A stretch of DNA of 64,000 nt from Sedimentisphaerales bacterium (GCA_016930745.1 JAFGGE010000002.1:1685-65684); one strand, 5' to 3'. Shown: positions 1-9,614, numbered from the stretch's first letter. Numbers and translations are program-made. Notes: a model not told the origin generated them from the letters alone.

Positions 1-194
1 CAGACCAGTTGGGCCTGGGTGTCGCCGGACAGCATACGCATCTGATGGGCGAATGCCAGCGCCTGGGCGTCATGCTCATTCATCACGCTCGGCAGGCGGG
101 TGCGGATCAGGTTCCCGGTTTCCGGATCGAAGGCATTATCCGTGATCTGGGAGACGTCCGGCACCTGTTTGACCAATACAATGTAATGACTCAT
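1..194 (-). CDS. electron transfer flavoprotein beta-subunit-like protein, N-terminal fragment (gene runs off the left edge)
   Basis: Own translation of the minus strand from the ATG at 194-192 gives MSHYIVLVKQVPDVSQITDNAFDPETGNLIRTRLPSVMNEHDAQALAFAHQMRML... This matches the conserved EtfB/FixA N-terminus (VKQVPD ... DPxTG ... PSxxNxxD). It is absent from the ORF track because it is edge-truncated. Confidence 0.6.
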   Translation of the reverse strand, partial: MSHYIVLVKQVPDVSQITDNAFDPETGNLIRTRLPSVMNEHDAQALAFAHQMRMLSGDTQAQLV

Positions 195-515
195 AGGCGT
201 CCTTCGTGATTTAACTTTTTTGACAAACCTTACTTACGTCATTTGCTTTCGTATTTTCTACACTTGCAGCCGGGACCAAAAAAGAATCTTAAATATAACG
301 AATGAGCGTCTTTTTTCCACTCAAAAATATGGAAATTGAAAGAGCTTTTCGGGAGGCTTTACGGGCCCAAAGAAACGGATGGATTCGGAACACGACGCAA
401 GGGGCAAGGAGACAATCCGCAAAATTCCGGGTAAAAAGCTTGCTTTGCCCACGGGTAATCGTAACAATACGCGGACCGCAAATGAAATGGAAATGGTTGA
501 TTGAAGGTGGAAGAT

Positions 516-1142
516 ATGGCAGATCTACAAGCATTGTCCGAAGCGATCATTCGGGGGGACCAGAAAACAGCCGTCGAGATCACGAAAAAGGCCCTGGCCG
601 AAGGCACGGCTCCGGAAGCCGTTCTCAACGACGGCCTGATTGCAGGTATGAATATCATTGGTATCCGTTTCAAGGCCAACGAGGTGTATATTCCGGAGGT
701 TCTGATCGCCGCTCGCGCCATGAAAATGGCGATGGAGATCCTGGAACCCAAGCTGGTGGAGGCGGGCGTAGAGCCGCTGGGCAAGGCGGTGCTGGGCACC
801 GTTCAGGGGGATCTGCACGATATCGGCAAGAATCTGGTCGTGATGATGCTCAAAGGCGCCGGCTTTGAGGTGATCGATGCGGGCGTGGATGTGTCGCCGG
901 CCGCTTTTGTCGCCAAGGCCAAAGAAAGCGGCGCCCAGATCGTAGGGCTCAGCGCTCTTCTGACCACAACCATGCCTGCCATGGAAAAGACCGTCAAGGC
1001 CTTCCGCGAGGCGGGACTGGGCGCCAAGGTGATGATCGGCGGGGCGCCCGTGACGCAGAACTTTGCCGACAAGATCGGTGCCGACGGCTATGCCGCCGAT
1101 GCCGCCACCGCGGTCGATATCGCCAAGAGCCTGCTCAACTGA
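516..1142 (+). CDS. cobalamin-binding corrinoid protein (methyltransferase-cognate type, MtbC/MttC-like)
   Basis: It has an N-terminal helical B12-binding cap. The Rossmann-like B12 domain carries the D-x-H-x-x-G motif (GDLHDIGKN), then SALLTTTM and GGAPV. I prefer the ATG at 516, preceded by GAAGGTGGA, over the TTG at 501. Confidence 0.85.
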   Translation: MADLQALSEAIIRGDQKTAVEITKKALAEGTAPEAVLNDGLIAGMNIIGIRFKANEVYIPEVLIAARAMKMAMEILEPKLVEAGVEPLGKAVLGTVQGDLHDIGKNLVVMMLKGAGFEVIDAGVDVSPAAFVAKAKESGAQIVGLSALLTTTMPAMEKTVKAFREAGLGAKVMIGGAPVTQNFADKIGADGYAADAATAVDIAKSLLN

Positions 1143-1170
1143 CGAAAAAGAGGGGTATTCTTATAGTGAT

Positions 1171-1199
1171 AACGGCGTGCCTGTAAAAGGTACGCCGTT
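1171..1199 (+). terminator. possible stem-loop terminator after the corrinoid protein gene (no U-tract)
   Basis: AACGGCGTGCC-TGTAAAA-GGTACGCCGTT forms an 11-bp stem with one G-U pair, 29 nt after the stop codon. It is not followed by a T-run, so termination function is uncertain. Confidence 0.3.
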
Positions 1200-1308
1200 G
1201 TCGTGCGCAGACAATACAGTTTTCGTTGCACTTTCTCATGACCGGCTGTAGAATACCTCACACTAGTGCAATATTTCCGATAGCAGTCCAGTGAAAGGAA
1301 AAGGTTCT

Positions 1309-2703
1309 ATGGCAAACCGGTTCACACGCAGGGATTTCTTACGAACAGGCACAGCGGCAAGTCTGGGAATGGCCGCCGGCAGCGCGTTGTTTACAGGATG
1401 TGCCGAGGCGACATTACGACCCGGCAGCGCAAGCATGATCGGGCATAATCCCGCTCCGAAAGACATCATCAAGGTCGGATTCGTCGGCATCGGAAACATG
1501 GGTTCGGGCCATGTCAATAATCTGCTGAAGATCGAAGGCTGCCAAATTACGGCGGTCTGCGACATTCGCCCGGAACGGGTCAAATGGGCCAGGGAACGGG
1601 TGATGGCCGCCGGATTTCCTGAGCCGGCCGGATACACGGGAGGCGATCTGGAATTCGAACGCCTATGCGCCCGGGAGGATCTCGATCTGGTCTACAACGC
1701 CGCCCCATGGCGCTGGCATACGCCGATCTGCCTGGCGGCGATGAAAAACGGCAAGCACGCCGCCTCGGAAGTGAACGTTGCCCTTTCGGTGGAGGACTGC
1801 TGGAAACTGGTGGAAGCCTCCGAAAAGACCGGGAAACATTGTGTCATGCAGGAAAACTGCTGTTATGACCATACGGAGATGGTCGCCCTGAACATGATCG
1901 GGCAGGGGCTGTTCGGCGAGGTCATGCACGGGGAGTGCGGCTACCTGCACGATTTGCGCGGCCTCAAGATCAACCCGACGTATTACCAGGGCATGTGGCG
2001 TCTGTACCAGTCGATTCAGCGCAACGGCAATCTGTATCCCACGCACGGGATCGGGCCGATGGCGTGGTGCATGGATATTCACCGGGGCGACGCGTTCGAT
2101 ACGCTGGTTTCGATGTGTACTAAATCCATTGGTCTCAATGCGTTTGCCGCCGCCCGATATGCCGCCGCCAAAAGCGACCAGGACAAGCAGTTTTATGCGA
2201 AATGGCGCGACCAGAAATACGCCCTTGGCGATGTGAATATCACGCTGATCAGGACCAAAAAAGGAAAGACGATTATCTGTAAGCACGATACGAATCTGCC
2301 GCGCCCTTACAGCCGGGATTTTCTTGTCCAGGGTTTGCGGGGTCTGCTGCGAAAATATCCCACGGAGATCGTTCATATTGAAGATCTTACGAAAGGACAT
2401 GACTGGGAAGAACTAAGTGCCTATAAAGAAAAGTACGAACATCCGGTCTGGAAGGCGATCAAGGAAAAGGCCCAGGGGGCCGGGCACGGCGGAATGGATT
2501 ACATCGAGGATTATCGCCTGATCACCGCCCTCCGCAAAGGAATTTGTCCGGATATCGATGTGTATGATTCGGCGGCATGGAGCGCAATTATTCCGCTCAG
2601 CGAGATATCCATCGCCAAAGGCGGAGCGCCGGTGAAATTCCCTGACTTTACCCGCGGGGCGTGGAAAAATGCCAGGCCGCTGGGCGTTTCTCAGTGGATC
2701 TGA
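1309..2703 (+). CDS. Tat-exported Gfo/Idh/MocA-fold glycosidase, GH109-like (alpha-N-acetylgalactosaminidase family)
   Basis: It has a twin-arginine signal (MANRFTRRDFLRTGTAASLG) and a Rossmann GxGxxG (VGIGNMGSGH). It is collinear with my recollection of GH109 NagA: NGNLYPTHGIGPM, GAGHGGMDY, DVYDSAAWSAIIPLSEISIAKGGAPVKFPDFTRGAWKNA. The ATG at 1309 has an upstream AAGGAAAAGG. Confidence 0.8.
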   Translation: MANRFTRRDFLRTGTAASLGMAAGSALFTGCAEATLRPGSASMIGHNPAPKDIIKVGFVGIGNMGSGHVNNLLKIEGCQITAVCDIRPERVKWARERVMAAGFPEPAGYTGGDLEFERLCAREDLDLVYNAAPWRWHTPICLAAMKNGKHAASEVNVALSVEDCWKLVEASEKTGKHCVMQENCCYDHTEMVALNMIGQGLFGEVMHGECGYLHDLRGLKINPTYYQGMWRLYQSIQRNGNLYPTHGIGPMAWCMDIHRGDAFDTLVSMCTKSIGLNAFAAARYAAAKSDQDKQFYAKWRDQKYALGDVNITLIRTKKGKTIICKHDTNLPRPYSRDFLVQGLRGLLRKYPTEIVHIEDLTKGHDWEELSAYKEKYEHPVWKAIKEKAQGAGHGGMDYIEDYRLITALRKGICPDIDVYDSAAWSAIIPLSEISIAKGGAPVKFPDFTRGAWKNARPLGVSQWI

Positions 2704-2724
2704 ATATATTTCTCCGGGTAAGGA

Positions 2725-3639
2725 ATGGCCATGAAGCCGACGTTACTGATTCTCGCGGCGGGGATGGGCAGCCGATACGGCGGTCTCAAGCAGATCGATC
2801 CTGTCGGCCCTAACGGCGAGATTATCATCGATTATTCGATCTACGACGCCCTTCGAGCCGGCTTCGGAAAACTGGTCTTTGTCATACGGCATTATTTTGA
2901 GCAGCCATTCCGGGAAAAAATCGGCGGCAAGTTTGACGGCTGTGTGGAAACGGCCTATGTCTATCAGGAGATGAATTCCGAAATCGGCGCTTTCAAAGTG
3001 TCGTCCAATCGCGAAAAACCCTGGGGGACTGGCCATGCAGTTCTGGTCGGAAAAGACGTTATCGACGAACCCTTCGCCGTGATCAACGCCGACGATTACT
3101 ATGGCGTCCGTTCCTTTCAAATCATGGCGGATTTCCTTGCCGGCGGACAGGTTTCGGCCACGGACTATGCGATGGTGGGCTTCACCCTGCGCAATACCCT
3201 CAGTGAATACGGCAGTGTCGCCCGTGGGGTGTGTCATCACGATGGCCAGGGATTCCTAAAGGAGATTACCGAACGCACGACGGTTGAAAAAGTCGGCCAT
3301 AAAGCGCGTTATATCGACGAGACAGGTACAGCACATGCCCTTACCGGCGACGAGACCGTTTCCATGAATCTCTGGGGTTTTCATCCCTCTTTTTTGGGGC
3401 ATTTGTCGTACGGCTTTGAACAGTTTCTCATGCAAAAAGGCCATGATCCCAGGGCGGAAATGTTTATTACCCTCATTGTCGACGGCCTGATTAAAAGCGG
3501 TATGGCAAGGGTGAAAGTGTTGCCGACTTGTGACAAGTGGTTTGGCGTAACCTACCGAAACGATATGCCGATTGCCCGGAAATGTATTGCCGATTTGATC
3601 GAGGCAGGAACCTATCCCAGGCAACTTTGGAAAACATGA
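2725..3639 (+). CDS. sugar-1-phosphate nucleotidyltransferase
   Basis: The N-terminal LLILAAGMGSRYGGLKQ is the nucleotidyltransferase signature (LAAGxGxRxxxxxK). Later motifs are KPWGTGHAVL and INADDYYG. Its stop overlaps the next start (ATGA at 3636-3639). Confidence 0.8.
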   Translation: MAMKPTLLILAAGMGSRYGGLKQIDPVGPNGEIIIDYSIYDALRAGFGKLVFVIRHYFEQPFREKIGGKFDGCVETAYVYQEMNSEIGAFKVSSNREKPWGTGHAVLVGKDVIDEPFAVINADDYYGVRSFQIMADFLAGGQVSATDYAMVGFTLRNTLSEYGSVARGVCHHDGQGFLKEITERTTVEKVGHKARYIDETGTAHALTGDETVSMNLWGFHPSFLGHLSYGFEQFLMQKGHDPRAEMFITLIVDGLIKSGMARVKVLPTCDKWFGVTYRNDMPIARKCIADLIEAGTYPRQLWKT

Positions 3640-4766
3640 TGGAACAGGATATCCGATCGATCGCGACCCATTTTTGTCTTGACGGCCATCTCCTGCAAGC
3701 CGATCCGTTGGGCAGCGGCCATATCAATGATACGTATGGGCTGACGTGCAGCGCAGAGCAGGGTGTACGAAGGTATGTCCTTCAGCGGATCAATCATCAT
3801 GTGTTCGTCGATCCTCCCGCCATGATGGACAATATTCGCCGCGTAACCGAGCACATCCGGGGAAAGCTCGCCGAGCAGCATTCCGATCTGACATCGCGCC
3901 AGCTTATTCTTATTCAAACACGGGATGGGGTTGATTTTTACCGGGACGAAAAAGGCAATTACTGGCGCATGTACAATCGCATCGAGAATGCGATTACGTA
4001 TGACACTCTTGAATCGCCCCAACTGGCGCAGGAGGCCGCCCGAATGTTTGGATGGTTCCAGCGCCTCCTGCTCGACCTGCCGGGCAGCCCGCTGCACGAA
4101 ACCATTGTGGATTTTCATATGACTCCGAAACGTTTTACAGCCTTTGAGCAAAGCGTTCGGGCGGATGTGTGCCATCGGGCGCGCGGGGCCAAAGCGGAAA
4201 TCGATTTTGTATACGCTCATTCCGACTTGTGTGACATCCTTCTCCATTGTGTGGACGCTGGAACGATTCCCTTGCGCATCACACACAACGATACGAAGAT
4301 CAACAACGTCATGCTGGATGAAACGACACATCAAGGAGTGTGCATCGTCGATCTGGATACGGTCATGCCGGGATTGTCTCTGTATGATTTCGGCGACATG
4401 GTGCGCACGGCGACGAATCCCGCCGAAGAAGACCAGCGCGATCTGTCGAAAGTGACGATGCGAATCGAGATGTTTGAAGCCCTGGTCCGGGGTTTCGTGC
4501 AGGAGACGCATGCGTTTTTGACCCCGATGGAAAAGAAATACCTGGCGTTTTCCGGCAAACTTATTACGTTGGAGCAGATGATTCGATTTCTGACCGATCA
4601 TCTGGCCGGCGATGTCTACTATAAGATTCATCGTCCGGGGCATAATCTGGACCGTTGTCGAACGCAGAGGAAACTGATCCAGTCGATCACGGTTCAGGAA
4701 GAGAGAATGAACGCTATTGTGGATTCGGTTTTCAGGTCATATAGTGGACAGACGGATTACGTGTAA
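3636..4766 (+). CDS. N-acetylhexosamine 1-kinase-like anomeric sugar kinase (APH/NahK family)
   Basis: The N-terminus IATHFCLDGHLLQADPLGSGHINDTYGL...YVLQRINHHVFVDP resembles Bifidobacterium NahK. Catalytic motifs are HNDTKINNVMLD and IVDLDTVMPG. The start is trimmed to the ATG at 3636, which is translationally coupled to the upstream gene. Confidence 0.8.
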   Translation: MMEQDIRSIATHFCLDGHLLQADPLGSGHINDTYGLTCSAEQGVRRYVLQRINHHVFVDPPAMMDNIRRVTEHIRGKLAEQHSDLTSRQLILIQTRDGVDFYRDEKGNYWRMYNRIENAITYDTLESPQLAQEAARMFGWFQRLLLDLPGSPLHETIVDFHMTPKRFTAFEQSVRADVCHRARGAKAEIDFVYAHSDLCDILLHCVDAGTIPLRITHNDTKINNVMLDETTHQGVCIVDLDTVMPGLSLYDFGDMVRTATNPAEEDQRDLSKVTMRIEMFEALVRGFVQETHAFLTPMEKKYLAFSGKLITLEQMIRFLTDHLAGDVYYKIHRPGHNLDRCRTQRKLIQSITVQEERMNAIVDSVFRSYSGQTDYV

Positions 4767-4777
4767 GGGAGTGTGCT

Positions 4778-6592
4778 ATGGCGTTGCAGAGGATCGACTG
4801 GGCGATTGTGGCGGGCTTTTTTGCGGTGATTTTATTGGTGGGGGTGCTTGTATCGAGACGCGCCGGCAGCAGTTCGGCCGAATTCTTCCTTGGCGGCCGC
4901 AGCATGCCCTGGTGGCTGTTGGGCGTTTCCATGGTCGCGACTACCTTTTCCACCGATACGCCCAATCTGGTCACTGATATTGTGCGTAATAACGGGGTCA
5001 GCGGCAACTGGCTCTGGTGGGCGTTTCTCCTGACCGGAATGCTGACCGTTTTCGTATACGCCAAGCTCTGGCGGCGGTCCAGCGTCATGACGGATATCGA
5101 GTTTTATGAAATCCGCTACAGCGGCCGGCCGGCGGCATTTCTGCGGGCGTTCCGGGCGCTCTATCTGGGCGTCTTTTTCAATGTCATGATTATGGGTACG
5201 GTGTCGCTGGCGGCCATCAAGATCGGCGGGGTGCTGTTGAACTACTCGCCGATAAAATCAATTCTTGTCGCCATGGTCGTCACGGTGATTTATTGCGGAC
5301 TGGGAGGTATCCGCTCGGTCCTGATCACGGATTTTCTCCTGTTCAGTTTCGCTATGTTCGGGGCTGTTACCGCGGCGGTTGTCGCCTGTCGTCTCCCGGA
5401 GGTGGGGGGGCTGGCCGGCTTGTTCCATCACCCGAATGTATCCGATAAGCTGCACCTGATTCCTGTCGCAAGGACAGAGCAGGGCTTTTCATTTCTAAAT
5501 ATCTTTGTTCCTGTCATGCTGATACCCGTCGCGGTGCAATGGTGGAGCGTTTGGTACCCCGGCGCCGAGCCGGGCGGCGGGGGCTACCTGGTGCAAAGGA
5601 TGCTTTCGGCGAAGAATGAAAAAAATGCGATGGGAGCGACCCTGCTGTTTAACGCCTGCCATTATGCGGTTCGGCCATGGCCCTGGATTCTGGTGGCTCT
5701 GGCGTCGCTGATCGTGTTTCCCGATCTGGCCTCGATTAAGGCGACGTTTCCCCATGTGGCCGACAATATCATCAAGGACGATATCGCCTATCCGGCGATG
5801 CTGACCTTTTTGAAACCCGGTTTCATGGGGATTGTCGTGGCCTCCTTGATTGCCGCTTATATGTCCACAATGGCCTCACACCTGAATTGGGGGTCCTCTT
5901 ACATCGTCAACGATTTTTACAAGCGTTTTGTAAATCCCCAGGCTACGGAGAGAAAGCTGGTCCTCATCGGTCGAATATCCACCATTGTCTTGATGGTATT
6001 GGCGGCGATTATCGCCCTGTGGCTCAAAAATGCCTTACAGGCATTCCACATCCTGCTGCAGATCGGCGCCGGAACGGGTTTGATTTTTATCCTGCGTTGG
6101 TTCTGGTGGCGGATTAATGCCTGGACGGAAATTACGGGGATGGTCGTGTCGTTTACTATAGCCTTTTTTCTTGAATTCATTTATCCCTATCCCAAGTTTG
6201 GATTTCCGGTTTTGCCGACTTATGTAAAACTTCTGATCGGCGTTTCGATTACCACGTTGAGTTGGCTGGTTGTGACCTTATTGACCCGTGCGGCGGACGA
6301 TAAGACGCTGCGGGCGTTCTACCGGCTGGTGCGGCCGGGCGGAAACGGCTGGAATGCCGTCCTTTGCAAGGCGGAACAGGAGGGGGATCCGATCGAGTCT
6401 GCGGCTACGCCGGGCGATCTGCCGCGGGGGATTATATGCATGGTAGCGGGGTGTCTGGCGGTGTACAGTGTGGTCTTTGCCGCCGGGTATTTTTTGTATG
6501 GCAATATGCTGTACGGGATCGTTTTTTCCGCCGTGGCTGCCATAGCGATTGTTTTCCTGGGATCGATCTGGGGCAAATTGGAAATGAAGTGA
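4778..6592 (+). CDS. sodium:solute symporter (SSS) family transporter
   Basis: 604 aa with about 13-14 hydrophobic segments. The N-terminus is typical of the SSS family: FFLGGRSMPWWLLGVSMVATTFSTDTP. Confidence 0.85.
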   Translation: MALQRIDWAIVAGFFAVILLVGVLVSRRAGSSSAEFFLGGRSMPWWLLGVSMVATTFSTDTPNLVTDIVRNNGVSGNWLWWAFLLTGMLTVFVYAKLWRRSSVMTDIEFYEIRYSGRPAAFLRAFRALYLGVFFNVMIMGTVSLAAIKIGGVLLNYSPIKSILVAMVVTVIYCGLGGIRSVLITDFLLFSFAMFGAVTAAVVACRLPEVGGLAGLFHHPNVSDKLHLIPVARTEQGFSFLNIFVPVMLIPVAVQWWSVWYPGAEPGGGGYLVQRMLSAKNEKNAMGATLLFNACHYAVRPWPWILVALASLIVFPDLASIKATFPHVADNIIKDDIAYPAMLTFLKPGFMGIVVASLIAAYMSTMASHLNWGSSYIVNDFYKRFVNPQATERKLVLIGRISTIVLMVLAAIIALWLKNALQAFHILLQIGAGTGLIFILRWFWWRINAWTEITGMVVSFTIAFFLEFIYPYPKFGFPVLPTYVKLLIGVSITTLSWLVVTLLTRAADDKTLRAFYRLVRPGGNGWNAVLCKAEQEGDPIESAATPGDLPRGIICMVAGCLAVYSVVFAAGYFLYGNMLYGIVFSAVAAIAIVFLGSIWGKLEMK

Positions 6593-6667
6593 TTCGCATG
6601 TTGTCGTAATGGTTTTGCATTTGATCTCGAAAATTCTCAGGTATGTGAATATCCGGGCGGAAAACAT

Positions 6668-7426
6668 ATGGCGAAGAATGTATTTCTGGAAGTGTGCTGT
6701 GCCTCTGTAGAGGATGCGATGGAGGCACAACACGGCGGGGCTCAGCGGGTGGAGTTGAATTCCTCGATGTTTTTTGGCGGATTGACGCCTTCGCCGGGAT
6801 CGATCATGCAGGCCAAAAAGAGGCTCGATATTCCGGTGATTGTCATGATTCGGCCCCGCGGCGGCGGATTTTGCTATACCGAGGTGGAATATGACATTAT
6901 GCGGCAGGATACCCGATCGGCCCTGCAGTACGGGGCCGATGGGATTATCTTTGGAATCTTGCAGCCCGATGGGACGATTGATGTCCGGCGCAGCAGAACG
7001 ATTGTCGAAATGGCTCGGCAGGCAGGCAAAGAGATCGTTTTTCATCGCGCTTTCGATGTCACGCCCGATCCGTTTGAAGCATTGGAACAACTGATCGAAA
7101 TGGGCGTACATCGCCTTTTGACCAGCGGCCAGGAAGCTTCCGTGCCGGAAGGGATACCCCTGATCAAAAAGCTCATCGAAAAGGCCGGCGATCGGATGGA
7201 GATTATGCCGGGCGGCGGAATCAAGCCGTCCAATCTCGCCCTGGTTATCGAACAAACCGGCGCTAAAACGATTCATATAGCCGCTTTCAAGACAAAAATC
7301 GATCCTTCGTGTCAACATCGGCCGAGGGTAACCTTCGGCGGCTGCCTGTATCCGCCGGAAAATCAGTACGATTTGATCGATCGGGATGCGATCCGGACGG
7401 TTTCAGAGATTTGTAGTTCAACGTAA
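6668..7426 (+). CDS. cutC: CutC family protein
   Basis: LEVCCASVEDAMEAQHGGAQRVELNS...GGLTPS...VMIRPRGGGFCY...HRAFD...LTSGQ is collinear with the CutC TIM-barrel family. Confidence 0.85.
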   Translation: MAKNVFLEVCCASVEDAMEAQHGGAQRVELNSSMFFGGLTPSPGSIMQAKKRLDIPVIVMIRPRGGGFCYTEVEYDIMRQDTRSALQYGADGIIFGILQPDGTIDVRRSRTIVEMARQAGKEIVFHRAFDVTPDPFEALEQLIEMGVHRLLTSGQEASVPEGIPLIKKLIEKAGDRMEIMPGGGIKPSNLALVIEQTGAKTIHIAAFKTKIDPSCQHRPRVTFGGCLYPPENQYDLIDRDAIRTVSEICSST

Positions 7427-7505
7427 CGGAATGGAGTTCAGGTTAACCAGGCAAGAATGAGACGTCTCTATATGAATTCGTAAATAGGAAAAGAAGTGAT
7501 CTATC

Positions 7506-9614
7506 ATGAATTATCAGTGCATAACGATTTCTCTCTTTCTCGTATCGTTGCAGGGTGTACCCGTATTTAGCGGGGAGGACCTGTCCGGGCTAATCGAATC
7601 GGCCCTGGAGCGAGCCGGGGATAATGCGGTTTCGCTTCAGAAAGCTCTTGAAGATGCCCCTCAAAATCAGAAAGAAGGCATCCGGTTTCTTATTGCGTAT
7701 ATGCCCGATCATGACCTGAAAAGTCTTTCCGCCGAATTTCTGTTGAACCAGATTCGGTTTGCCTATCAGGCATGGAACGAGGTGCTGTGGAAGGACAGAA
7801 TCCCGAAAGAGATATTTCTGAACGATGTGCTCCCTTATGCCAGTATCAATGAGCGGCGTGACGATTGGCGGCAGGATTTCTACGAACGTTTTAAACCGCT
7901 CGTGGCCGACATGGATTCGCCTGGCCGAGCCGCCGCTGTATTGAATCAAAAAATATTTTCCATGCTGCAGGTCAAATTCTCGCGCGGACGCCCAAAGGCC
8001 GACCAAAGTCCCTATGAAACAATCCAGGCGGGCATGGCCTCGTGTACGGGTTTGTCGGTGGTATTGGTCGATGCCTGCCGGGCCGTTGGCATACCGGCAC
8101 GGTTTGCCGGCACCCCGCAGTGGGCCGACAGGAGCGGAAATCATTCCTGGGTGGAAATCTGGGATGGAAAGTGGCATTATATGGGCGCTGCGGAACCAGC
8201 CGGAGAGGAACTGGATCAGGCATGGTTTACGGATCGGGCGGCCACAGCCCTAAAGGACAGTCGTCTGCATGCGATATACGCCGCCAGTTATCAGCCGACA
8301 GGAGTAAAGTTTCCCCTGGTCTGGGACCGCCGAGCGGATTACGTCCATGCGGTGAACGTTACGGAACGTTATACAAAGCCGCAGAAACGCGAGGGAGAAC
8401 AGGCCCCTTCAACAGGCAGTCGGAAACCATTTGACATGGAGGCGTCTCTTCATGCCGTAGCGCAATTAGAGGCATACTTGAAAACGGCTCGAAACGAACG
8501 GCTTGCGCTCGGGGAGCAGGGATTTGCCGCCGTCGCGCTCACACGGGAGCATGCAAAAAAAGCCGAACAGTTGCTCTGGGACGATCACGTTCAAAAGATC
8601 AAACAAACCCGTGCGGAAGAGATGGAGGCGCGCCTGTTAAAGGCGGGAGATCTCCAGATGCCCTTCTATTACACAGTATCCGGCGACAAACCGGATAGTG
8701 GGCGAAGCCTATTCATCTCCCTGCATGGCGGCGGCAGCGCGCCGAAACGAGTCAATGACCGGCAGTGGGAGAACCAGAAACGACTCTATCAGGTGGACGA
8801 AGGCGTGTATCTGGCGCCCCGTGCGCCCACGGATAGCTGGAACATGTGGCATCAGGCGCACATGGACGGCTTATTGGATCGATTGATCGAAAATTTGATC
8901 GTATTCGAGGATGTCAATCCAAACCGCGTGTACCTGCTGGGATATTCGGCGGGGGGCGACGGCGTGTATCAGTTGGCGCCGCGGATGGCGGATCGATTGG
9001 CGGCAGCGGCAATGATGGCCGGCCATCCCAATGAAGCGTCTCCTTTGGGCCTGCGAAACATTGCCTTCTCGATTCACGCAGGCGGGAAGGATTCGGCATA
9101 CAATCGAAATGAAGTGGCCCGTCAGTGGGGGCAAAAACTTGACGATCTGCAGAGGGACGATCCTGACGGATACGTTCACTGGACCAATATCTATGAGAAT
9201 AAAGGCCATTGGCTCGATGGAGAGGATGCCGCCGCTTTATCCTGGATGGCCGGGTATACGCGAAATCCTCTGCCGAACCGTATTGTGTGGAGGCAAGACG
9301 ATGTAACCCATTCGCGTTTTTATTGGTTGGCGATACATGAACAGGAGCGGCACGCCGGGGCTGTAGTGATCGCAGAGGTGAAGGGGCAGCAATTTACCAT
9401 ACAGGCAGATGGAATCCGTCAACTGATCATCCGCGTTAACGACCGTATGTTGGATATGGACGAAAATGTCATGGTTATGCTGCAAGGGAAAGAACTCTAC
9501 AGAGGCGTTATTCCTCGATCCATCGGTATTCTGGCCGGGACGCTTTCTGAGCGGGGGGATCCCGCAACGGTCTTCAGCGGTGAAATTACAGTCGCAATGC
9601 CAAATCCAAAGTAA
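7506..9614 (+). CDS. secreted transglutaminase-like / alpha-beta hydrolase (esterase) fusion protein
   Basis: It has a signal peptide. The transglutaminase-like core has Cys (GMASCTGLSVVLVDACRAVGIPAR) and His (NHSWVEIWDGKWHYM). The C-terminal hydrolase has a GxSxG elbow (LLGYSAGG), then GGKD and NKGH. Confidence 0.7.
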   Translation: MNYQCITISLFLVSLQGVPVFSGEDLSGLIESALERAGDNAVSLQKALEDAPQNQKEGIRFLIAYMPDHDLKSLSAEFLLNQIRFAYQAWNEVLWKDRIPKEIFLNDVLPYASINERRDDWRQDFYERFKPLVADMDSPGRAAAVLNQKIFSMLQVKFSRGRPKADQSPYETIQAGMASCTGLSVVLVDACRAVGIPARFAGTPQWADRSGNHSWVEIWDGKWHYMGAAEPAGEELDQAWFTDRAATALKDSRLHAIYAASYQPTGVKFPLVWDRRADYVHAVNVTERYTKPQKREGEQAPSTGSRKPFDMEASLHAVAQLEAYLKTARNERLALGEQGFAAVALTREHAKKAEQLLWDDHVQKIKQTRAEEMEARLLKAGDLQMPFYYTVSGDKPDSGRSLFISLHGGGSAPKRVNDRQWENQKRLYQVDEGVYLAPRAPTDSWNMWHQAHMDGLLDRLIENLIVFEDVNPNRVYLLGYSAGGDGVYQLAPRMADRLAAAAMMAGHPNEASPLGLRNIAFSIHAGGKDSAYNRNEVARQWGQKLDDLQRDDPDGYVHWTNIYENKGHWLDGEDAAALSWMAGYTRNPLPNRIVWRQDDVTHSRFYWLAIHEQERHAGAVVIAEVKGQQFTIQADGIRQLIIRVNDRMLDMDENVMVMLQGKELYRGVIPRSIGILAGTLSERGDPATVFSGEITVAMPNPK

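Noticed and set aside
195-515. Possible cobalamin riboswitch upstream of the corrinoid protein gene.
   Set aside because: Only partial resemblance to two core elements was found. I could not trace a clear B12 box or the P1-P6 helices by eye. It is therefore left as a low-priority check rather than an annotated ncRNA.
302-868. Overlapping ORFs at 302-868 (+), 359-799 (-) and 9-209 (+) near the left end.
   Set aside because: They overlap the corrinoid protein frame or the EtfB-like frame and give Arg/Gly-rich nonsense. The motif-bearing frames were preferred.
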